The position numbers were made by a program, and so were the translations under genes. A stretch of DNA of 64,000 nt, taken from the NCBI GenBank assembly GCA_010093605.1, contig MU004185.1, positions 1,509,334 through 1,573,333 of the forward strand. The letters are read 5' to 3'. Below the pieces are notes generated by a model that ran no database searches, was not told the origin of the DNA, and was given only the letters and a program-made list of their open reading frames with translations. This document shows, one piece after another, positions 35,963 to 48,262 of the stretch (positions are counted from its first letter, which is position 1; every line of letters begins with the position of its first letter). Source of the stretch: Lophium mytilinum. Lineage: Eukaryota.

Positions 35963-36299
35963 TAGGTGCACCTTCGAGGAGAGCCTGAGTGCGAAATGGT
36001 TTGAGTGTTGTGAGAAGGTATGATTGTGCTATTCCTGCGCTTTGTATTGGTACCGACATTGCCTGTAAAACACGAAAGCTTCATCTCATCAAATTAAGAA
36101 CCTTATCGAAACCTACTTATCGTGTGCTTTCCGGGTGATAGTAGCGTACGGTTCCATCGGCTCTTCATCTTTCAGCTGCGCCATCACCTCCATATACTGA
36201 ACCCTTCTCCCCTTGGCTCTTTAATCCTCTGGAATCATCTTAGTCCCCATCGCATACCCCCCGAGCTAGAATTAAACCCCCTAGGCACTCTGATTTAAA

Positions 36300-37060
36300 C
36301 CGAATAGCACGTCGAGGGGTACGCGCTGGCCAAGCATAGCTCAGATAGGTTGCAAAGAGTTCCAGATGAACCGCATGAATCGGGTTCCCATCAGATGTTG
36401 AGTGGACGCCGAGGGGTACGTGTTCGAGACGTGTTGGTCGGATGAGCTGCAAGAGTTACATCTCAAACCGCGTGAATCCGATTTCCTCACACGCGGAGTC
36501 TTATGTTTAAGGGCACGCGCTGGGCTACACATTGCCTAGTGATGTTGCAAAGAGTCCCACATCGAACCGCATAACTCCAACTTCGTGAGCCTTAACGCCG
36601 AAGCTAAGTGGTGGGCCAGCCATCTGTCAGTTTAATAAGAGAAAGTTAGAGATTGGGCCGCATGAAAATCGTCTGTCGGCCTTGGCGCTGAAGCCGAAGG
36701 GAGGCCGTGATATAGTCGCATTAGCCAATATAAGAAGAAAGAGCTACATATCAAACCGCGAAATATCAATTCCGTCGACCTTGGTGTGGACACCGAGGGG
36801 GGCCGTGGTGCCAACACTTTCGTTAGATTAGTTGTAAAGAATTACATGTTGAACTGTATAACTGATTTTCGTCGACTTCAATATGGACGCCGAGGGGGAC
36901 CCTAGCGCGGTTGTATTAGTTGGTCTAAGACGAAAGAATTACATATCGAACTGCGTAAATCAATTTTTTATAAAACGCGGAGTCACACGTCGAGGGGGCC
37001 TTTGTGTCAACGTCTTAGTTGGTCCAAGAGCAAAGAGTTACATATCGACCCGCGTGTGTT
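36300..37060 (+). repeat. Degenerate tandem array, 8 units of ~98 bp (repeat family R)
   Basis: Core caaagagttacatatcgaaccgcgt anchored at 36371, 36468, 36567, 36658, 36756, 36854, 36951 and 37050; second motif gacgccgagggg. Confidence 0.85.
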
Positions 37061-37615
37061 GATGAAGGTAGCACGGCGAGAGTTTGGGGCGATTAAATCG
37101 TTTGAAAATCAAGGGTCAAAGCGGGGCCCACTTATTTTGGGAGCTATCTCCGCTGTGCCGAACTGAACATCATGAACTTCAGCATCATTCCAGGATATTG
37201 CATCTCGTGGGATAATACATCCATGGCTTGTGTTGTGAGATATAAAGAGGGGTTATCATCTGAGTCGAACGCTTTCACATGTGCCCGTCCATCATCATCA
37301 GCACTCATGTCTTCACACACGTTCCAGATCCGAGAGACCGTACGAGATCTCCAAATCTAAGCTCATCCTCCGCGATATGCTTGCTTTTATTCCGTTCGAA
37401 GATCCGGCCACAGCCTTGGCCTTGCAGAATGACGCCATGGTGGGCTCAGCTGAGGAGGGGGTCTTTAGGGGCCTGCTCAGCCACAAGGCATCAACCAACG
37501 ACGTAGTGGTCACCCCTCAGGTTCTCCTCCATAAGCGGACTCTCTCCCGACTCTATGCTGCAACTCACGGGATATCAGTTTGAGACCACCGCCAAATGCA
37601 GCCGGTTCGCCTTCA

Positions 37616-39068
37616 ATGGCTACCCAAGCAACCACAACAACCACCACGCACTCACCAACCGCAATCACGGCAGGCGGAAATGAAATCACACCCATAAGCT
37701 CACTTCAGTCGCAGTCGAGCTGGAAGAGTTTCAAGTCTAAAGTATCGATATCAGAGCGGACTTCGTCGCAGCTAGGATGGGCCATTGCACTCTTCAGTGT
37801 GATACTAACGGTTGTCGCATTGTCTCCTACGTTCAAGAGCCTGAATGCTTCCCAAAAAGCACTTGAACTGGCGGAGTGGACTGCCCTGAAAGATTACATT
37901 GAAGACTGTAAATCCGAATTGGTACGCACCTTCACACGGTATGACTACATAAAACTTACACCAAGCAAAGGCTGCTGGAATTGAATCACAAGCATGTCAA
38001 AGGGCAATAGCCGCACAGCTACCGCCTCCTCCATACGTCAACCTTGGAGTAGTCGAAAGGATCAGACGAAGGATTACCAACCATGAGCCCGTTGATTCAC
38101 GAGCCCCAATGGTCGACACCGTTACGACCATTCCTAAGACGCTTGAGTGGCTAGTGTTTCTTCTAGTGCTCTTAACTATTGCCGTTTTCCTCTTTTTGAG
38201 CTTCGAAAGTAACAGGTCGCGAGTACGTCAACGGGCGCAACTAGATTCCACAATCGATGAGGAGTACGAGTCAAGGCTGGACGATAGCCCGGTCACTCTC
38301 TACGTCTCCTACGGCGACCAATCCAGTAGTTCCCAGGCTCTCCATCAATCGAGCGTGTCAGCGCTACGGCAGCGCAAACTCCCCAGGACTAAAAGCCCCT
38401 CCTACAGACATGCCAGCCTCGAAGAAGCTCTCCGTGTCGAAGACGTTCTCGAGATACAGCTTCGTCTCTCGAATGGGGAAGACGCTACACCTCACTGGCC
38501 CTACCTTATCTACTCCCTCGCCATCTCCTCGCCAGCTACTCAACCGGACTCTCGTCGCCTTGACATTGCACGCCTGTGCTTGTCCCATGGTGCGGACGTC
38601 AATGCTCTGAAGGGTTGGAACGGCCAATCTGCCTTGATGATCGCCATCCACTTTGGCAACGTCGCTGTCGCAACTCTTCTCATAGAGCACGGCGCAGACG
38701 TATGCCATGCGCCCCCTGGTAGCGGCGGACCAGCACTTCACCGATGCGTTCGGCTTGCGATTACAGGGTCCGTACGAGAAGCATTGACACTGATGCAGCT
38801 GCTATTCGATTATGGTGCAGATGCGAATCAGACCAGTAGATTGGGCGAGACGGCCATGCATGAAGTCCTTATGGAGGCATGGTTCAATCGCGACAGCATA
38901 GATCAGATCGTGACATGTAACGCGATTGTGACGGTGCTTGTAAAGAATGGAGCTGTGATGCCTAGGACTATCAAAGAGAGATATGTGAAGGGGAACCCCT
39001 TGTATAAGGTTGCTGAAGCGGAGATTCAGAGGAGAGAGGCGAAGAAGCGGCCTTTACCGTGGCCGTGA
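37616..39068 (+). CDS. Membrane protein with two predicted TM segments and C-terminal ankyrin repeats; exons 37616-37921 and 37971-39068
   Basis: TM segment LGWAIALFSVILTVVAL, motif ALELAEWTALKDYIEDC...C...LPPPP, second TM WLVFLLVLLTIAVFLFL, and ankyrin motifs GADVN, GQSALMIA, LLIEHGADV, GETAMH. Start codon uncertain. Confidence 0.75.
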
Positions 39069-39497
39069 TGGATTGAGTATGAATGTTCTCCGCATCCCAC
39101 TTGTAATGTATTACTATCGGTGGTTCTATTGTTTCCGTTGTCATCACTTGTACATTATTGTATGATAAGATCAGACAGTTTTGGTATTTGAGTGAACAGT
39201 GTTGTAATCTGAAGAATTCAAGGACGGATAAACGTATGCTAGGCATTGAAAGCAATCTAGCCTGTAAAACTTCCGAAAGTGAGCCAAAGGTATCTCGGCA
39301 ATAGCAGTTGAAGTGTAAATTAGTGAAGGGCCTCCGACATGTGACTTCGTCTTACGCTAATCTCTTGGCGCGGTGAACTTCACGCGTACCCAGCCCATAG
39401 CTTTCCCATACCATTGCCAGTCCATTTGTTCACAGACCACCTACTACCCAACCCACACAGCCGCCCAAGCCGATGGATTGTATCAGCTTGCGTCCTT

Positions 39498-41328
39498 ATG
39501 TATCGCAACGAGAGGTCCCGTCAGTCATTACTGAGCCAATTCAAAACGCGACACCGGTCGTCTTCACCCACGGCGCGCCAATTAGCCTCACAATCCCCTC
39601 CTCCTCCACCTCAAGAAGTGCAGGCATCGGATGCCAAGAAGGATCCTATATATGCGGACCCCCTCAGCTCAGGCGATGAGCAGCCTCAATCTCCCCAACG
39701 CCCCCCGCCCTCGCTGCCAGCTGCGCAAAAACGAAACCCTGTATATCCTCAAAGACGAGAAAAATGGACCAAAATAGGGAACGAGAGTCAGGACAAAAGC
39801 GCTAAAGCAAGTGGGGCAGAGGTGACTGTTAAAAAAGCATCACGAGGGTCACCAAGGAAGAGATCCGCAGAAATCAATGCGAAGGACAATGATACCTTGG
39901 ACGAGTTCGGGATGCCAGAAGTTCGCAAAGGGCCTAAGAGGATTACGGGATCACAGGATTCGACGGGGAAGAAGTCTGGAGTGAGCAAACCAGAAGACAA
40001 TGGGGATCTGGACGACTTTGGCGAGATGGGCAGCCAGAGGGCCAAAAAGAAGGCTAGGTTAACTGCTTACGGGAAGCAGACAGGGTCGGTTGTCAATATC
40101 CATCACAAGCCTGGGACCAAGAGCAAGGATTCAGGCAAGTCTGGTTAGTTTTCGACCTTGAGCATTATTAACTTCGGAGAGCTAACTCGAAACACTAGAC
40201 TTCAAGAATACTTCCGCGCTATCTGCACCATCTCCAAAAACTAAGCAAGGTTTCAAGAATCCTAAATTTGAGCTGCCAAGCCTTCAAGGCGAACTGAAGA
40301 AGGGGGAATTCATAGTTCCTGAAATGCCTCAGCTCAGCAGTGTCAAAACCCGACGCCCGCAATCTAAGTACAAGGAAACTCCGAAGACCAGAGTTTCCGC
40401 CGTCCCCAAAATGGAGTTTCGTATGCCCGATTTGCTGGACGCTGGAATAATCAAGACCATACAAGCCGCTAACTCCTTACACACACCACTGCAACGGTCC
40501 AACTCGAGCTCTCCTCTCAGCTCGCCAAACTCGTCAATCATAGAAATGTCTTCGCAAGCCCAATCTGACCGCTTCAAAGCCAACAGTTCACCGCTAGAAT
40601 CTTCCCCAGAACCTACTGGCTCCATCTGCCCCATGTGCCGCAAATCTGTTGACGGTGCCCACCTCTACACCTTCGTTGCCGAACACGGCAAAAACTTCAA
40701 ACTCAACGTCCGCATGCAGGAGGTCTTCTGCCGGCAGCATAAGCAAAAGTCCGCCGAGGATGACTACGCCGCACGCGGGTATCCAAAAATTGTGTGGCAC
40801 AAGTTGGAACGGCGCATGGAGAAGCACGCGCCCCACCTAGAAGCCGTACTCGAGGGTAAAGAGAAGTCAGTGTATCGAGATAAACTAGAGCAAAGCGTCC
40901 GGACGGGCAGCAACCGCAATCTCCTCTCGGCGATCATGACGGAAGAGTTCAAGCAATCGACGACGGGGTACTATGGCGCGAGGGGCGCAAGGGCCATGAT
41001 GGAGTACATCACCAAAACTTTTGCGCCGCAAATCCGAAGGCTCGCGCCGACGGACAAGCTCATAGCATCCGGTGGCATGTCGAAGTTTGTGCAGTCGGTG
41101 CTTCTACCGGAGTTGGTAATTCGGCTTGTGATGGACGACATGAACGTCGACGAGGAGAGGGCGAAAGAGACCATAGGAGAGAGTGGAGAAGTTGGAGATC
41201 TAGTGCATGAAGAAGACGACGATGCTGTTCGGAGAGACGAACATGGAAACAAGTACATTGTTGTTCCCGAGAATTTGGACTCGGAGGCCGAGTCTGATGG
41301 GTACGGTGAAAACGGTAATTACGACTGA
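39498..41328 (+). CDS. RTC4-like domain protein; exons ~39498-40143 and 40199-41328
   Basis: CPMC...FCRQH, RGYPKIVW, TGYYGARGA and FVQSVLLPELVIRLVMDDM...A...IGESGEVG match the RTC4-like C-terminal domain. Start codon uncertain. Confidence 0.8.
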
Positions 41329-41569
41329 TTTAGTGGCTTGTGCATTGCATATTTGGGTATATCTAGCCGGTACGGTGTTTGGGGGTAGGGGATGGGTCAG
41401 GTGTGCTTCGGTCTTTTCTCCCTTTTGTCCGTTGGTGGCCTAACTGTCTGCCTGTATTTCTAGGGATTAGGGCATTGCAAGGGACGATTGCCCGTCGGGC
41501 GCAGAGGGGAGTGGCAGAGGAAGATATATCAGGTCGTGCAATATACCGGGTTGAGCTGGGGTTCGGACA

Positions 41570-42090
41570 GCGGACTGACTCCTGTTCACACGTCGTTCTA
41601 TCCTGATTTCATGGTCTGATATAAGGTGTCTTGCAATAATATGCCAAAAGAGAGCGCTAATCGCACGGACTGGCTCCCGTTAGTACATCTTAACAGTGTC
41701 GAAATTACCTTCATTCTGTAGTCTGATTCAAGGTGTCGTACAACGCTATGCTAATTCGAGTTCAAATCACATAAACTAGCTCTTGTTCTTGCACTACTTC
41801 TCACCAGTTAAACCGCTCTTTTAAGTTGAGCCCGATCCCAACTCTCTTCCGATAGTGTACCCAAATCAAGTGCAAATCGCACGGACTGGCTCCCGTGCAT
41901 GCTTCTCAACAGTGCCAAGATAACCCTTTTCTCTAGGTCTAATTTAGAGTGTGGTAACAATCGTCTCGATTTGCAATCCCAAATCAGAAGGTATATTGCA
42001 CACTTCTGACCTACGACATCGGACTAGCTCCCGTCCATACATCTCAAACAACCTCCATCACTCGCCCTGATCTGAAGTGACACAAGTGAG
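41570..42090 (+). repeat. Degenerate tandem array of ~5 units (95-140 bp spacing)
   Basis: cggact(g/a)gctcccgt-like motif at about 41571, 41666, 41773, 41882 and 42020. The stretch aatcgcacggactggctcccgt is identical in two copies; a second motif gtctgat...ggtgtc also recurs. Confidence 0.65.
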
Positions 42091-42181
42091 ACTTGTGCGA
42101 TTGATTGTGTTCAACTCTCCCTAGTCCATTCCCGAATACTCCGAACCCCATCTCCCACACGCTTGCGCCATAGGAACCCCT

Positions 42182-42617
42182 TCACCTAACCCGTCCTGAC
42201 CAAGCCTGGCCAAACGCGAACAGCCCAATAGTCGCCAACACGCTCAACCCCGCCGGCAGCGGCTTTCCAGACCTGATTGCGCGGGGGATGGAGCTACCAG
42301 CTAGAATGACAGATGCGAGGAGTGCGGCCTCGACGCCGTAGGTGGCGCGGGAGCGGATACGCGCGCCGCCAATGGTGTACTGGGTGTTTGGGTTAGCTGT
42401 GTGTGCATATATGTGTATGAGATGGAGGGGTGACTTACGAGGGCTCCAACAGTCACGCCGGCGATGATGGAGGGAAGTGAGCCCGTGCGAGCGTAGCCTG
42501 TGATTCCGCCGCCGGCGGTGAGAGCGCCGAGGACGAAGGCGAGGGCGTCGAGGGTGGCCTGGGTGTTGTTTGTTAGTGTTGGAGCTTTGGGTGGGGTTCT
42601 GGAGGGGGATGTACCAT
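42182..42617 (-). CDS. TMEM14 (UPF0136) family small membrane protein, 106 aa; exons 42617-42615, 42558-42439 and 42379-42182
   Basis: Not in the ORF track. The spliced product reads MATLDALAFVLGALTAGGGITGYARTGSLPSIIAGVTVGALY...SSIPRAIRSGKPLP. Confidence 0.88.
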
Positions 42618-42956
42618 TGTGGTTGATTTTTGGGGAATTGAAGTTGTGGAATGTGTTGTTGATTGAGGTCTACAGCTTCGACCGAGTTGTGAAGGCTTGC
42701 GAGAAGTGAGAGGATGTGGAAGACACAGAGAGAGGCAGTTGGTGTTTATGCGGGGGGAGGGAGCTTAATGATGGCATCTGCGGCCCGAATGCCGACGCCG
42801 AGAGACAAGCTTTCTGGCAATCGCGCTAGTGAGGCATACGTATTCTGGCCTCAATGCAACCTCCGTACAATATCGCCGACCGCATCCTCACCAGCTCACT
42901 CACGACGCCAATTCCAACGACCTTACTCAATCACATCCAGCTCCATACCCGCGATC

Positions 42957-43678
42957 ATGCCCCCCAAGAACCGCCATCCCACCTCCGCCTCCGTCCAGCC
43001 CTCAGCTCCTAAATCCACACCATCAGCACCCACGACAACGAGCTCGAAGCCGCTGAACGCGAACACGGCGCAGGATATTGTGCAGAATGTGTGGGACAAG
43101 TATGTGCAGCGGACGCCGCAGCGGGTGAAGCTGTTGGATACCTTCATGGCGTTTCTGGTAGCGGTGGGTGCGCTGCAGTTTGTGTATTGTGTCATCGTGG
43201 GGAATTTTGTAAGTATTGAGCATTCTATACCTTCAGTCTCAATTTGGATGTTCGAGAAAGAGAAGGGCTAGAAGATATGGAATCTGGTGGAGGAGATCGG
43301 GCTATGCCTTGGGTCAAGCAATGGGAGCTTGTGAGGAATATGGGGATGGATGTAGTTGGAACTATACCTCTGGGTTGACGGTGACGGGCATATTGAGGGA
43401 GCTCTGCTAAATTCTTATCTCAATCCAGCCCTTCAACGCCTTTCTCTCCGGCTTCAGCGCCACAGTAGGCCAATTCGTCCTCACAGCCAGTCTGCGAATC
43501 CAGACAAACCCTGAGAACAAGGCTGAATTCGAGAGTATATCGAACGAGAGGTACGCCTACCATCCCTATCTCTTCAGTAGCTCATACAGATCCACTGACA
43601 AACTGTCTCAGGGCCTTCGCCGACTTCATCTTCGGCAGTCTCCTCTTACACTTCTTCTGCGTAAACTTCATCAACTAG
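42957..43678 (+). CDS. OST2: Oligosaccharyltransferase subunit Ost2/DAD1; exons 42957-43208, 43429-43550 and 43612-43678
   Basis: TPQRVKLLDTF...LQFVYCVIVGNF|PFNAFLSGFSATVGQFVLTASLRIQ...ERAFADF...LHFFCVNFIN. Confidence 0.95.
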
Positions 43679-43921
43679 ATCCCCCCTTTCCCGCGGCCCA
43701 CAATACAACAACCACAGTCTCATTTTAGGGTTTCATGTTTAGGATCGGATGGCAAACCACAGAAGCGAGGTAGCCTTAAAATGTACGATTACGACCAACT
43801 TGGGTTGAAACATCAAACTCACAAGGACGACGTGATATACGTCCACGTGAAGCATAACCATCTACATCCTCGCCACAACAACACCCCCCGAACGCCTAAC
43901 CCCACCAACCCCTTCCCCAAA

Positions 43922-44614
43922 TCACCCCCTCTCCCCCCTCAACCTCCCCCTCGCCGCCATCAACGCCCTCCCCAACCTATTCTCCCCCCACTCCCCCTCC
44001 CGCCCCTCCGCCTCCTCACTATTAAACCCAACCCCCCACACCCGATCATTCGGACTCGCTTCCACCAACTCCCTCTTCCCCGTTCCCAGCAACACCTCCC
44101 CCAACCCCGTATTCTGGCTAAACTTCAAATACTGCCCCTCCCCCACCACCTCATCACACGCCTGATCCCACACCTCCTGCCTGAAATTCTTCACCTCCCG
44201 CCCCAACGCCTTTGCCGCCGCGGGCGTCGGTGCCGCGAGGATCCGCGCGGCGGTGGCGGTGTCGTGCATGAGGAGGGCTTTGTGGTACATCATGTACTGC
44301 TCGCTGGTGTGGAAGTGGTTCGAGACCCCCGGGGCGGAAAGGGAGGGCTCGGTGAAGGGGGTGGGGAACCATTGCTGCAGGCAGCATTCGGGCTCCGGGC
44401 CCTCGAAGCCAAAGAAGAAGACGTATTTGGGGGTTATCCTGGGTGGGAGGTCTTGGGCGTATTGGAGTGAGGGGGGAGGGGAGGGGAGGTTGTCGCCGAG
44501 CCAGCGGGGGCCTTTGTTGTCGGTGGGTTGAAGACATACTTGGTCGATTTGTGCAGAGAGGTTTGTTGGAGGAGGTGGAGATGAGATGGAGAGATGAGAT
44601 GAGAGGTATGTCAT
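43922..44614 (-). CDS. NADAR (YbiA/DUF1768) family protein
   Basis: CLQQWFPTPF, FHTSEQYMMYHKALL, KALGREVKNF, KFSQN, LVEASPNDRVWGVG and WGENRLGRALMAAR. 5' end uncertain. Confidence 0.9.
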   Translation of the reverse strand: MTYLSSHLSISSPPPPTNLSAQIDQVCLQPTDNKGPRWLGDNLPSPPPSLQYAQDLPPRITPKYVFFFGFEGPEPECCLQQWFPTPFTEPSLSAPGVSNHFHTSEQYMMYHKALLMHDTATAARILAAPTPAAAKALGREVKNFRQEVWDQACDEVVGEGQYLKFSQNTGLGEVLLGTGKRELVEASPNDRVWGVGFNSEEAEGREGEWGENRLGRALMAARGRLRGERG

Positions 44615-45101
44615 ACGGAAAGGATGAGAGTTATTTTATAGGGAAGGGATAAGAGTAGTTCTATAGGGAAGGGATGTAGTGGTTGGGTTTAGATAGTGGG
44701 CACTGAGGTCATGGACCCCTCCGGAGGTTTTGGGGGTTCCTTTGGGCCGGGGTCTAGAGCGGCGCGAACAGCGACGGGAGCCTAAGGTTAGTGGGCGTGT
44801 ACCTGAAAGCGGATGGCGAATCAGAAGAAATCTAGTATATATAGGTTGGCAACGGAAATGGAAGTGGCCGTCCGGTCCGGGGCATGGGGCTGTAGGAACA
44901 GTGAAAAACTTGGTGCGTGGCGAAGTAGGTGCGGTATTCATGTGATATGTTCGAGTGCTGACTATCAGAACGCCTGGAAATGCTGATGGTGCGTATGCGT
45001 ATGACCTCGTCTCCTCGACCTCTATACTTAGCCAATCATCAAGGAAGGATGCTTACGCGCCAGACCTGTCTCTTCTCCTGTCTTATACTTCTCCTAGTTT
45101 T

Positions 45102-47109
45102 TCAGTGCACCCCATTCCCGTTTCCGTTCTTCTCTACCACGGCTTCACCCTTCCCCTCAGCCAACCCGAAGCTGTCCCTGACCGCAACCCCCACGCGCCT
45201 AATCGCCTCGGTGATGTTCTCGCTCGACGCCGCGCAGAACGTAGCGCGTAGGAACAGGGCTTCGGGCGACACGCTCTTGTCTGGAATGAACCAGGAGCCC
45301 TTCATCATGAGGGCGTTGTGCTCGATGATGTTGAGGTAGAGCGTGTCTTCGATATCAGTGATGGATTGGGCGGGGTATGAGGGGTGAGCACGGTGGTCTA
45401 TTCGGAGCCAGTGCTGGGATTTGTTAGTTTGCCGGTAGGGTGAAAGGAAAAGGGGTGAGATGGGATATGGGAAAGGGGCAATTTCGAAGTGAATTGTGTA
45501 ACCCCTGAATCCTGACGGTGGCTCGAGTAGGGAGTGCTTCAGTGAATTGGCCGTTGGCGGTTTTCACATACTCAAACCTAGAGCCACTCCGCACCTGCAC
45601 GGGCTAAGATTCAGAGCACCATATACCGCGCTTGGGAAAAATTGCGAGTGGAAGAGACGAAGAACTTACGAACATCCCCGCCATCGGCGGCACCCAACTC
45701 ACAACCTCCTTCGGGAGATATCTCTCACACGCCTCTAATATTACGCCCCTCCTCTTCGTATACTCCAATCGAATATGGATCAACCAATCCAAATACCCCT
45801 CATGTCCGAAATGCTCATCCAGCAGCTTGAACAGCACGAGCTGCGAAATCCCAGAAGGCCCCTGCGTAGACACATCCGCGTGCTTCGAGTACCGTGCTAT
45901 TACCTGCTCGCTCGCTGTGACCCAGCCAACTCGCGACCCCGGCGCGAGAACTTTCGAGAAAGAGTCTAGTCGCATGACGCGGCCGTCCACGTCCATGGAA
46001 AGGAGGCTGGGAACGAGGGACTCGAGGAATTCGTCGTGGGACGCTGGAGGTGGGACGTCTGGGGCGTTCGGGCCTGTGTAGGGCTGCATTTGCAGGAAGT
46101 AATAGGGCTCGTCTTCGAGGATGTAGAGATCGTGTTTTTGAGCTACCGCGTAGATGCCGCGCCGACGGGCAGCTCCCTGCGTTGCTCCTGTCGGGTTCTG
46201 GCCTGTGGGGACCGTGTAGAGAAGGAAAGGCTTGCGGGCACCACGGGCCACGGGGTCCCAGGTGGAGAGGATGTTATCGAGGGCATCGGGGAGCAAGCCT
46301 TCCGCATCCATAGGGACACCAACGACATGGACGCCCATAGGAGCCGCGGTTTCGACAGCGGTGGCGAAGGTGTACTCTTCGGACAGGATGAGGTCGCCAC
46401 GCTCAGCGAACATGCGTAGTGCAATATCGAGCCCGGAGGTGCTACCAATGGACAAAGTGCAGCTCCAGTCGGAGTACCGGGGGCTGTGCACCATTTCAGT
46501 GTGCTCAGTGACCCATCGTAGCAGCTGGGCGGAGCCACGGCCCTGGCCATAGTTGAAAGCGGTTGCAATGTCGAAAATGGATTTGTCTTCTGCGAGGTCG
46601 TGTTTGCCAGCGTGCAGCACAATGCCGGATTCCTTGGTTTCCTGCTCGGAGAAGTGGCCAATCTGGGGGACTTTGATCTCGAGGGATTCAAAGGGGAAGT
46701 AGTCACTTGATGGGAGCCCACCGCCTAGACTGAGGATGCCTGGTTTTGCCAGGTACTTTGCGGCTTGCTTCAGTGAGCTGCCCTCCCGAGAAGCAGACTC
46801 TTTGCTCAATCGGTCTAGGTTTGGTCAGTGACTGTTATCATGCTTCAGACTCCCTTCCCCCACTCCTGGATTACTACTCCTGGATTACTACTCACGGTCC
46901 CACGACTTCGCACTCGGCTTGTGGTCATGCTTATGATGACGAAACGTCTTAGCATCTGCGGCAGCAGCAACTCCCCATTGATTCTTCGCGCCCTTCTTCC
47001 GTCGACCATAGATATCATTGCTCTTAATATTCGCCTGTAGCGGATCCGGGAGCGTTACGCCCTGAGTGTCCGTGACGGCCGTGACCTCAATGGCGGCAGG
47101 TGGCGTCAT
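45102..47109 (-). CDS. ARO8: Aromatic amino acid/aminoadipate aminotransferase (class I/II PLP); exons 47109-46896, 46814-45670 and 45413-45102
   Basis: LSLGGGLP, YTVPTGQNPTG, LEDEPYYFLQ, RLDSFSKVLAPGSRVGW (PLP lysine), PMAGMF|HW and FLRATF. Confidence 0.9.
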
Positions 47110-48262
47110 AGCAGGCTGTTCTTCCTCGTGGCTCAGAATCCAACTATAATTGCAGCTTTTGGTGAAATGTGTCACCACGCCTCACGGGGGGCACGGTGTC
47201 GTTTATGTACCAAAAAGAGGCCGGTGCGGTGTGCCACGCCCTGCACGCTACACACTGCACGCCCTTCGCGTCCTCTGGGAAGGGGGGCTAGCTGTTATCA
47301 GTGCCTGTTCCCCGCCTGCCTTATCAACCGATGTGGGGAAAGTGGTGGATCGGCGTTGCGTCCTCTGGGATATGCTGTCGGTTTTCTTTGTGGTGACTGG
47401 CGGTGCCTTGCAGCATTAGAGGGGAGCCACGGCGGGAACGTCTGCTTTTAGTATTCCGCTGGCCGGCTATTGGCGGGCCAGCCCATGACCAGCTAAATGC
47501 TCTTTAGTTTAGCATGTCATCCAACGTAGAAGGCGGAGGATGCGCACATGGGGACCTGGACTCTGATTGCGTCAAACCTGACCGCTTGCTCGCACTCGCC
47601 TCCAACGTCGTGGTTGTGGTGGGGTTCCGACGTCGGCGGATGAGAGTCCTGGAGTAGACGTCGAGTGTTACGCTATCAATCGCCTAGTGGGAGATCGTTT
47701 TGACGATAGGCTACAAACTGCCGCTTTGGGGTTGATTGCTTCTTGGGAGACCAGACTGTGTACATACAAGCAGGTACCGCGTGCTGTTTGGATTTGGTGT
47801 TCATGTTTGCGAGGCGGGGTAGAGTATTCTATACGTAATTGACCATACGATCAGAGGTATTCCTGCTAAGTGGAGGACTCGTAGGTCACGATACTTCGCA
47901 AATATCACGAATCACCAATAGGACCAAACCACCTAGTCATAGAAACGCAGCCAAGTGCCGCTCCGAAGCGTTGAGGTATTCGTCTCCCATCTGTCATTGC
48001 ACTAATTATGATTAACGTCTCTGTCCATACTCTTCGAGAAAACTCGCTACGCTGCCGTTCGCCTTTCGACAGCCCTTTTAGGACAAGGAAATGCCAACCC
48101 AAATGCAACATGCACGAAACACCGGCCCAATGCACCCATGATAATGCCATGATGCCCAGGTCTTAAAACAAAAAAAACGACATGTGAGTGGGAGAAGAGG
48201 AAGCGGAGCTAATATGCTGGAAATATGCAGACAGATTCCCCAGACCCGATGATGCAAACCCC

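Noticed and set aside
36300..37060. CRISPR-like array (conserved core with variable spacers), also at 61300-62235
   Set aside because: The cores are far from identical, the 'spacers' are homologous to one another, no cas genes are present, and the context is eukaryotic. It is a diverged tandem repeat.
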